Below, one piece after another: positions 39,674 to 46,348 of a stretch of DNA of 46,348 nt. The notes beneath the pieces were generated by a model. It worked only from the letters and a program-made list of their open reading frames with translations, was not told the origin of the DNA and did not search any database. Made by a program: the position numbers and the translations under genes. Position 1 is the stretch's first letter. The number at the start of each line of letters is the position of its first letter. This DNA is from a virus, in the IMG/VR virus record IMGVR_UViG_3300010362_000004, positions 1 through 46,348 of that record. The stretch is one strand, 5' to 3'.

Positions 39674-40248
39674 TATGGGTGCTGGGAGTCCTCGTCTTCG
39701 CGGCAACAGTCCATGCCGCATCGGTCTGTCAGAATCCGCCCTTCACGATTCTCCGCTCGAAGCGCCAGCTACGTCTCTGTGCGGTCTGTCCCACGGGACC
39801 GACTGGCCCAACGGGAGCGATCGGACCGATGGGCCCCGGCGGCTCCACGGGCCTTGTGGGTCCATCAGGACCGCCTGGCCTCTCGGGTCCACCGGGGCCT
39901 GCAGGGCTTGCGGGACCGACGGGACCGACTGGCCCCACCGGGCCGACGGGCCCCACAGGGACCACAGGTGCATTCAGCGTCGTGACCCGCTCGGTCTCAT
40001 CGGGCCTCTTGAATCGCCCATCCATGGGCACGGTCGTGAGCATCTCGCTGGCCTGCGATCCTGGCGAGATGATTCTTGCCGGCGGGACAGAGAATTTCAC
40101 CAACGATCCGGACGACCAGACACGCATCCATATGCTCGATTCTGGTCCGGACGATCTGACGGGCTGGCATGCGGACGCCGTGGTCACGCAACAGTTCTCG
40201 AATGGCGGCACGCTGGAAGTGGTGCTGACCATTCTCTGCGTACGGTGA
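39670..40248 (+). CDS. Signal-peptide collagen-like repeat protein (192 aa)
   Basis: The N-terminal [13 protein letters not shown] is signal-like. About 19 G-X-Y triplets span 39796-39969, followed by a ~90-aa globular C-terminus. The start is TTG 39670 or GTG 39679. Confidence 0.7.
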   Translation: MIWVLGVLVFAATVHAASVCQNPPFTILRSKRQLRLCAVCPTGPTGPTGAIGPMGPGGSTGLVGPSGPPGLSGPPGPAGLAGPTGPTGPTGPTGPTGTTGAFSVVTRSVSSGLLNRPSMGTVVSISLACDPGEMILAGGTENFTNDPDDQTRIHMLDSGPDDLTGWHADAVVTQQFSNGGTLEVVLTILCVR

Positions 40249-40251
40249 CCC

Positions 40252-41988
40252 ATGCCGTTTGAGTGGACACAGGTCGCGACCTTCGGCGGCGGCCTCAACT
40301 TCAACGCGCAGCCCCAGGCCATCGCGGAGAACGAGTGGTCCTGGTGTAACGGGTTCTTCCCCGACGAGCAGAGCGCGGTCCCCCTCCCCTTCTATCAAAA
40401 GCTCATCGACACGTCGGTCTTCGCTGGGAAGGCCCCCGCACAGACCGTCTTCGGCATCCTCCCCAATCCGTTTTCCACGGCGTCGCCCCTCTTGATCCTC
40501 ACCTACGAGACAGCCGGTGGAGACCCAGCACCCGTCCATCTCTATCGGTCTGACGGCTCGCCCAGCGGGAGTGTCGAGATTGCCTGGGATGGCGCCACCG
40601 CGCGCCCGAGTCGCTACACCATCCACCGCACCGCGCCGCAAGGCGCATTCCTCGATGGCTGGCTCGTCATCACCTGCGGCAGCGGCGACGTCGGCTACTC
40701 CATGCTGCGCTGGAACGGGAATCTGACGGCCACATTCTCGACACTCATCCCGAAGGACGCCGCTGGGGCCAATCTGCCAACGTTCCGCTGCGCGCATCTG
40801 GAGAGTTTCGGCGGCTTTTTGATCGGGGCCTGCTGGGGCACGAGCCAGGCAGATATGCGGCGCATCCGGATCAGCGATTCCAATTCCACGACAGTCTGGA
40901 CTCCCGCGATCTCGAATGCCGCCGACGACCTGGTGCTGGACGATTCCATGTCGGGGATCACCGGCCTCGGGCTTCTGAACACGAATGCACTCGGCGTGTT
41001 CACCCGCGTCGGGCTTTATGCGCTCGCACCGACCGGAAATATTCCGCCGTTCACGCGGAGCTATCTCGGCATGTTCCCCGCCGCCGATAGTGGTGTCGTC
41101 GCCGCGAATCAGAGCTTCTATGCACAGAGCCAGCCGCTCGTCGGTCAGACACCAGCTGGGATCGCGCACGTCGGCTACTCAAATCTCTACTTGGGACTGC
41201 AAGACGCGGTTGGGACGAAGGTCTGGCGGTACATCGCCTATCAGGGCGACGATCCGCAGCAGCTACCGTCATCAACACCGCGGATCATCTGGCACCATCG
41301 GCTGCGCACCTTGATCGTGTCGACCGTGGCCCATCGGCCGCCGCAGGATGGTTTTTTCTACTACAACCCACTGGCACAAGGCTGGGGCTGGCAGAATTCA
41401 ACGTATCTCGGACTCGGCCGTGACCAGGGGCTCATCTTCCTCGGGACGGGGAATACGGGACAAGTCACCTGGACACATTTAACCGTCGACAAGGATGGCA
41501 GCATCTGGGGCGAGTTTCCGCCGCTCACGCCCCGGCCAGGCATTTTCGTGGACAGCAAGGATTTCGCCTTGCCTGCGGATCGCTATGTCGATGCGATCAA
41601 GGTGGATTGGGAGCCGCTCTTTCCGAATTCGCGCCTGCGGGTCTCGGTCATCGCCCGCAGCGGCTTGCAGGAAGGCATCCCCGGCCAGCGGTCGATCTAC
41701 GGCACGCCCGGGTTCGAGCAGGATTTGACCGCCGTCTTCGATGCCGTCCCGCCGCAGCAAACGATCGAATTGTCACCCGGGGGCACGGAATCGTCGATGC
41801 GAGCCCGGGGCAAGTATACCCGGTTTCGCTTCCAGGTGACTGCCGGACTGGCACGCATTCGCGGCTTCGCCTTTCGGACGGCACTCGCCAGCGACCGCCT
41901 GACCGACGTGCGACTCTTTGTGACACCACCGAACTATGGGGTTTGGAATCAGATCGGATGGAACATCAGCAACTGGAGCCGGACGTAG
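40252..41988 (+). CDS. Large tail structural protein (578 aa; nozzle or tail-tubular-like, tentative)
   Basis: First large gene of the tail block. No motif recognised. Confidence 0.6.
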   Translation: MPFEWTQVATFGGGLNFNAQPQAIAENEWSWCNGFFPDEQSAVPLPFYQKLIDTSVFAGKAPAQTVFGILPNPFSTASPLLILTYETAGGDPAPVHLYRSDGSPSGSVEIAWDGATARPSRYTIHRTAPQGAFLDGWLVITCGSGDVGYSMLRWNGNLTATFSTLIPKDAAGANLPTFRCAHLESFGGFLIGACWGTSQADMRRIRISDSNSTTVWTPAISNAADDLVLDDSMSGITGLGLLNTNALGVFTRVGLYALAPTGNIPPFTRSYLGMFPAADSGVVAANQSFYAQSQPLVGQTPAGIAHVGYSNLYLGLQDAVGTKVWRYIAYQGDDPQQLPSSTPRIIWHHRLRTLIVSTVAHRPPQDGFFYYNPLAQGWGWQNSTYLGLGRDQGLIFLGTGNTGQVTWTHLTVDKDGSIWGEFPPLTPRPGIFVDSKDFALPADRYVDAIKVDWEPLFPNSRLRVSVIARSGLQEGIPGQRSIYGTPGFEQDLTAVFDAVPPQQTIELSPGGTESSMRARGKYTRFRFQVTAGLARIRGFAFRTALASDRLTDVRLFVTPPNYGVWNQIGWNISNWSRT

Positions 41989-42009
41989 CGGGGGAGAGGG
42001 ACGAACGCG

Positions 42010-43149
42010 ATGGCAATTCAACGACCCGTCAAGACCTATGGGACGCGGAGCTACGCAACCGAAGTAACCTTAGCACCGGGAAACCAGGACCCCGTCCTCG
42101 CCAATGAGGTGGATGCCGATTTTGACACGATCTACGCGGGGTACAATGCCGGCCCGACTGGTGTAGCCGGCGGGCGACTCGTCGGCTCCTATCCCAATCC
42201 CGGGCTGGCCGCCGACGTCGAGAACGCCGTGGCGGGGAACTACGCCGCGAACAACACGGGAACCGTCCGGGTCAAGGACACGGCGCGGCCACAGGTGCTG
42301 TCGATCTATGTGGACGGCAACGGCGGGAATGTCATCGTCAATCATCCGTGGGGACCGGAGGAACCGGCACGGGCAGGGTGGCTGCATACGTCCTACACCG
42401 ATCCGGCCGTCGATCAGTACGTGATCTTTCACCGGGCAGCGAATGCGGCGACGGGCGGTATTCAAGTCTTCAGTATCGATGGGACAGGGAACATCAAGGC
42501 AGGGGGGGCATATTTGCGACTCCCGCAGGGGGGAATCGTCGCGAACGGGACGGTGACCGATCTCCGGTACAACTGGAGTGATGACACGGGCTATGATGCC
42601 GGGAAAGTCGGCTGGCTGTACCGTCTCGATGGGACCGGCGATGCGGTATCCGCGATCCACCGTGCGGTCGGGGGCGCACAGACCACGCCGTTTGCGCTCA
42701 CGGCGGGGGGCAACCTGACGCTCACCGGGCGGTTGCGGCGGAAAGCGTGGGCCGGCGCACGCGCACAGGGTGGCACCACGTTGACGAATGGGGTCAGCAA
42801 TTTCGTCCCGTATACGGCATGGTTCAATAGCGGCGCGGCGGCATCAGGGGATACCAACATCCTGTTTGCGCCATCCGACTTCAGTGCCTGGGTGGTGCTG
42901 ACCGTCTTTGGACATCTCAGTAGCAATGGCGGATTCGGGACGGCATTCGAAATCCAGTGGTCCAATGATGCGTGGGCCACGCTGGGCGGCACCGTCGCGC
43001 GGTGCACGACGACGACCACCAACATCACTTTCAGTGCCATCTGGCCTGCGGCAGCGAATCAGGCGTACCGCGTCCTCTACTCGAATGCGTCTGGCGCGAA
43101 CCAGACATACGATGGCTATTTCGCACTGGCGGCGAATGGAGAACTGTAG
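42010..43149 (+). CDS. Tail fibre / receptor-binding protein paralogue (379 aa)
   Basis: The GGRLVGSYPNPGLA motif is shared with 45466..46302. Confidence 0.65.
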   Translation: MAIQRPVKTYGTRSYATEVTLAPGNQDPVLANEVDADFDTIYAGYNAGPTGVAGGRLVGSYPNPGLAADVENAVAGNYAANNTGTVRVKDTARPQVLSIYVDGNGGNVIVNHPWGPEEPARAGWLHTSYTDPAVDQYVIFHRAANAATGGIQVFSIDGTGNIKAGGAYLRLPQGGIVANGTVTDLRYNWSDDTGYDAGKVGWLYRLDGTGDAVSAIHRAVGGAQTTPFALTAGGNLTLTGRLRRKAWAGARAQGGTTLTNGVSNFVPYTAWFNSGAAASGDTNILFAPSDFSAWVVLTVFGHLSSNGGFGTAFEIQWSNDAWATLGGTVARCTTTTTNITFSAIWPAAANQAYRVLYSNASGANQTYDGYFALAANGEL

Positions 43150-43394
43150 TGGCGACCCTCTTTGAGACGATTACCCAGTTCATTCTCGTCGCAGGGGATC
43201 GTGCCGTTGTGCAGTGCCCGGATGGCTTCTATGCCATTGCGATCACGATGGGTGGCACGGAGGGGCCGATTCCCTGCACGCATCGTGGGCCATTCGAGAC
43301 TGCCGCCGACGCGATGGCCGCCTTGCCGGATGTACCCACGCCCCCGGCAGAGCCACCCGCGCCGTACCTGCCAGAGCCCGACTCGACGGCATGA
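43149..43394 (+). CDS. Small hypothetical protein (81 aa)
   Basis: GTG start overlapping the upstream TAG. ATGA overlap with the next gene. Confidence 0.45.
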   Translation: MATLFETITQFILVAGDRAVVQCPDGFYAIAITMGGTEGPIPCTHRGPFETAADAMAALPDVPTPPAEPPAPYLPEPDSTA

Positions 43395-44233
43395 ACACGA
43401 TCAAGGTCGCCGGGACGGGTAGCATCGAGCAGCGCCTTCAGGCGCTGGAGCAAGCCATCAACTACGGCGAAGTCGTGCTCCCGTTCACCATCCTCGATGA
43501 AGTCGAGGGGAGTGGCAGTGGCGGCGACCCGGGACCGCCGGGGCCACCGGGACCCACGGGTCCAGCGGGACCGACGGGACCGGCGGGACCAGGGGTGCCT
43601 GCGGGGGGTACCAGCGGACAGGTGCTGGAGAAGGCGTCGGGCACCGATTACGACACCGTGTGGGCCGATCCGCCCGTCTCGCAGGCGGCGTCAGGAACGT
43701 GGAACTGGCGGGTCGCGGACGGGACCACGGACCCCGGCGTCCGCAACCTCTCGCCCGACGTGTCGGCCGCACCGACGATGCTCCGCTTCTCGACGACGAC
43801 GGTCTCCGGGAGCGACGCGCACAATCTCCTCGTCACGACCGCCCCCGGCGATGTGCTGCTCATGCAGACACGGACGGATGCGTCGAAGTGGGCGAAGGTC
43901 CAGGTGAGCGGTCCGGTGGTCGATCACGGGACCTGGTTCGAGGTTCCCATCACCGGCATTTCCCAAGGCGCGGGCGGGGCACCCGCGAACAACCAGGACG
44001 TCATCGTCTCGTTCCAGCGCGCCGGGACCGCCGCGACGCTCGCCTACCGCCATGTGCAGGCAGCGGCGGCAACGACCTGGGCGATCACGCACAACCTGTC
44101 TTTCAGACCCAATGTGACGGCCGTGGACTCCACGGGCCGGGCAATCTGGCCGGGCGCGCTCGACTACACCAGTGCCACGGCAGTGCAGTTGACCTTCTCG
44201 GCGGCGGTCGCGGGCGAGGCGTACCTGAGTTAG
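43391..44233 (+). CDS. Tail fibre protein with a collagen-like segment (280 aa)
   Basis: GDPGPPGPPGPTGPAGPTGPAGPG at about 43508-43607. Confidence 0.7.
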   Translation: MNTIKVAGTGSIEQRLQALEQAINYGEVVLPFTILDEVEGSGSGGDPGPPGPPGPTGPAGPTGPAGPGVPAGGTSGQVLEKASGTDYDTVWADPPVSQAASGTWNWRVADGTTDPGVRNLSPDVSAAPTMLRFSTTTVSGSDAHNLLVTTAPGDVLLMQTRTDASKWAKVQVSGPVVDHGTWFEVPITGISQGAGGAPANNQDVIVSFQRAGTAATLAYRHVQAAAATTWAITHNLSFRPNVTAVDSTGRAIWPGALDYTSATAVQLTFSAAVAGEAYLS

Positions 44234-44242
44234 GGGGCGATC

Positions 44243-45466
44243 ATGCCGACCATTTACGGTGCCGTCGATCTGGTCAAGAACGAGCTACGCAATGCCGTGA
44301 TGCAGAATCTCGGCTCCGCGCCGGCCGCGCCGGTGAAGGGGCTGATGTACTTCAATTCCGCCGACAACACGCTCTACTGGTACGACGGCACAACGTGGCG
44401 CAGCGCAGCCGGGGCAAATCCCGCGACCACAGTGACGACGGAGGCGATTGGTGATGCGGCGGTGGTCGGCACGCTCACCACCTACGCCCGTGAAGATCAC
44501 AAGCACGGGATGCCGACGTTCGGTGCGATCACCACGGAGCAGACGTTCGGGGCTTCCGGGGCAAATGGTGTCGCCGCGACAATCGCCCGCTCCGATCACA
44601 CGCACGGCAACCCGGTCCACAATGCGGCGGCGCATTCGACCATCCCCGTCAGTGCGCTGGCGACGCCGACGGCGGATGTGAGCTGGGGTGGGTTCCGGGT
44701 GACCAACCTGGGTGCGCCACTCGTGGGCTCCGATGCCGCGACCAAAACCTACGTCGATGCCAATATCAACGGGTTGTCGTGGAAAGATACGTGTCGTGTT
44801 GCATCGACAGCGAACGTCACGCTTAGCGGCGTCGCGACTCCGATAGACGGTGTGACATTGAACGTCGGGAATCGGGTGTTGCTGAAGAATCAAACGAATG
44901 CGACGGAAAACGGCATCTGGTCCGCACAATCGGCCGCGTGGAATCGCACGGCGGATGCGACGGACGAAGCCGCTCTCCTCAATGCGGCGGTCTTCATCTC
45001 TGAGGGGACCGTCAATAAGGATACGGCGTGGGTCTGTACGACTGACTCGCCAATCCTGGTCGGCACGACGTCGTTGACTTGGGTGCAGTTCGGGGCGCCC
45101 GCGAGCTATATCGGCGGCGCGGGACTCACGCTCACCGGCAATACCTTCGACGTCGGAGCGGGGACGGGCATCACGGTGGCGGCGGATACCGTCGCCGTGG
45201 ATACCACCGTCATCGCCACGCAAGCCTATGTGAATACCGCCGTCACCGGCGTAACGAAGAAGTTTGCGGCGGCGCTCACCGGCACCGCGAGTCCCGAAAC
45301 CGTGACGCACAATCTGAACACGCGCGACGTGCATGTGCAGGTGCTGAACGGGGCGACCCCCTACACGGCGGTGGAAGTGGACTGGGACGCCACCACCGTG
45401 AACGCGGTGACCATCCGCTACAACCCCAATCTCGGTGCGGGGTATCGCGCCGTGGTGGTCGGCTGA
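44243..45466 (+). CDS. Tail fibre protein (407 aa)
   Basis: The N-terminal VDLVKNELRNAVMQNLGSAPAAPVKGLMYFNSADNTLYWYDGTTW is typical of phage fibre N-termini. Confidence 0.75.
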   Translation: MPTIYGAVDLVKNELRNAVMQNLGSAPAAPVKGLMYFNSADNTLYWYDGTTWRSAAGANPATTVTTEAIGDAAVVGTLTTYAREDHKHGMPTFGAITTEQTFGASGANGVAATIARSDHTHGNPVHNAAAHSTIPVSALATPTADVSWGGFRVTNLGAPLVGSDAATKTYVDANINGLSWKDTCRVASTANVTLSGVATPIDGVTLNVGNRVLLKNQTNATENGIWSAQSAAWNRTADATDEAALLNAAVFISEGTVNKDTAWVCTTDSPILVGTTSLTWVQFGAPASYIGGAGLTLTGNTFDVGAGTGITVAADTVAVDTTVIATQAYVNTAVTGVTKKFAAALTGTASPETVTHNLNTRDVHVQVLNGATPYTAVEVDWDATTVNAVTIRYNPNLGAGYRAVVVG

Positions 45467-46302
45467 TGCGTGCCTACGGCATCACGAACGCGGCCCCGTA
45501 CGCGAACGCGCCAGCGGTCGGCGCATCGGGCGACACGTACTGGAATACCACCGATCAGTCGCTCTATGTCTCGAACGGCACGGCCTGGGTCAAGGCCGGG
45601 CCAGGCGCGGGCGGTCCCCCGTCGGGGACAGCGGGCGGCGACCTCACGGGGAGCTACCCGAATCCGACCATTGCTGCGAATGCGGTCGGCAACGCGGAGA
45701 TTTCCGACGTCGCGTGGGCCAAGGTCACGGGCGCACCGACGAGTCTACCGCCCTCGGGTGCGGCGGGTGGTAGCCTCGCCGGCACGTATCCGAATCCGTC
45801 CATTGCAGCACTGGCCGTGTCGGCAGCTAACCTCGCGGTGCGAACGGCACCGTACGGGTACGCCTTTGGGGGTTCGTTCAATGCACAATGGAACTGGCCC
45901 ATGGACGGGAATTGGTACGCGGCGGCATCGTGCCAACCAACGTTACTCGATACCAACGCGCGGTTAGTGCTCGTGTTGGGTGTGATTATTGCCCATGTGC
46001 AGTGTACATCCCAACCTGCAAGCGCGTTCGGGTTCAATGTCGCAACGCGGCTCTACAAGGGCGGCACCTGGGGACAACCGGACGGGACAACGTTAGCGGA
46101 TACGTTCTCCGCGTTTGGGACGGGATTTGCGCTCAACACAATCAACGGCCTGTACTGGCATTTTACGCACATTCTGCCGTTCTTGGATACGCCGTCTGGC
46201 GGCGGCTCACCGATCTACAAGGTCGCCGTGCAGGCGGGTGCGGTCCCAAACTTCGCGATGGCGCTTATTTCGTATCACATTCACGCGATTTGCTTCCCAT
46301 GA
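45466..46302 (+). CDS. Tail fibre protein paralogue (279 aa)
   Basis: ATGA overlap start. GGDLTGSYPNPTIAANAV and GGSLAGTYPNPSIAALAV repeats. The 3' end lies in the terminal repeat. Confidence 0.75.
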   Translation: MRAYGITNAAPYANAPAVGASGDTYWNTTDQSLYVSNGTAWVKAGPGAGGPPSGTAGGDLTGSYPNPTIAANAVGNAEISDVAWAKVTGAPTSLPPSGAAGGSLAGTYPNPSIAALAVSAANLAVRTAPYGYAFGGSFNAQWNWPMDGNWYAAASCQPTLLDTNARLVLVLGVIIAHVQCTSQPASAFGFNVATRLYKGGTWGQPDGTTLADTFSAFGTGFALNTINGLYWHFTHILPFLDTPSGGGSPIYKVAVQAGAVPNFAMALISYHIHAICFP

Positions 46303-46348
46303 TGCTCGCAGAAGCGGAAGGCAATGGGCCGGTCGTCACGGACGCCCC
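46226..46348. repeat. Terminal direct repeat, copy 2 (equals 1-123)
   Basis: Same 123 nt as the window start. This is an assembly overlap or terminal redundancy. Confidence 0.9.

Larger units (their letters stand above)
1..46348. mobile_element. Complete temperate phage genome with podovirus-like gene content, in an overlap-closed assembly
   Basis: Terminase, portal, scaffold, capsid, internal virion proteins, tail fibres, lysis cassette, integrase plus attP and recombination genes are all present. The two ends are identical over 123 bp. Confidence 0.85.

Noticed and set aside
40252-46302. Diversity-generating retroelement acting on the tail fibres
   Set aside because: No reverse transcriptase ORF occurs anywhere in the window. 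No near-identical template/variable repeat pair was seen at the fibre gene 3' ends.

Overview
This 46,348-nt high-GC window reads as one complete temperate phage genome. Bases 1-123 recur identically at 46226-46348, so the unit genome is about 46,225 bp and the window is an overlap-closed, probably circular, assembly. Gene content, in order: (i) A + strand tail and tail-fibre block (40252-46302) runs across the junction into a lysis cassette (134-1616) with a small TM protein, a GH19-type endolysin and a 2-TM holin-like protein. (ii) A regulatory corner (1748-3289) holds a secreted repeat protein, an HTH protein and an RHH protein. It is followed by a ~1.65-kb ORF-free region (3290-4955) rich in promoter-like sites and palindromes. 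(iii) A + strand array of small, visibly lower-GC genes (4956-8482) is separated by copies of a two-hairpin intergenic module. These genes share an AAGGGAGTAGA translation-initiation motif, and a Xer-like tyrosine recombinase follows (9481-10455). (iv) A - strand operon (15289 down to 11113) includes a RuvC-like resolvase and a stand-alone lysozyme-like protein. (v) attP is the 3' half of a tRNA-Arg-like gene flanked by TGTCCGCA repeats, next to integrase and excisionase-like genes (15445-17220). (vi) A + strand recombination module spans 17484-21175. (vii) A - strand late operon (37389 down to 21172) encodes terminase, portal, scaffold, capsid, small basic proteins, an adaptor-like protein, a GNAT-like protein and five large or low-complexity internal virion proteins. 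No tape-measure or tail-tube genes were seen, so the phage is podovirus-like. (viii) A + strand operon starts from a strong sigma70-like promoter at 37500. It contains an ORF interrupted by an in-frame TGA, an outer-membrane beta-barrel protein and a signal-peptide collagen-like protein. I saw no rRNA, intact tRNA, CRISPR array, reverse transcriptase or transposase. Many long alternative-frame ORFs in the track are GC artefacts. All functional calls come from motif recognition by eye with no database search. Hand-read coordinates of non-coding elements may be off by 1-2 nt, especially in 3300-5100.
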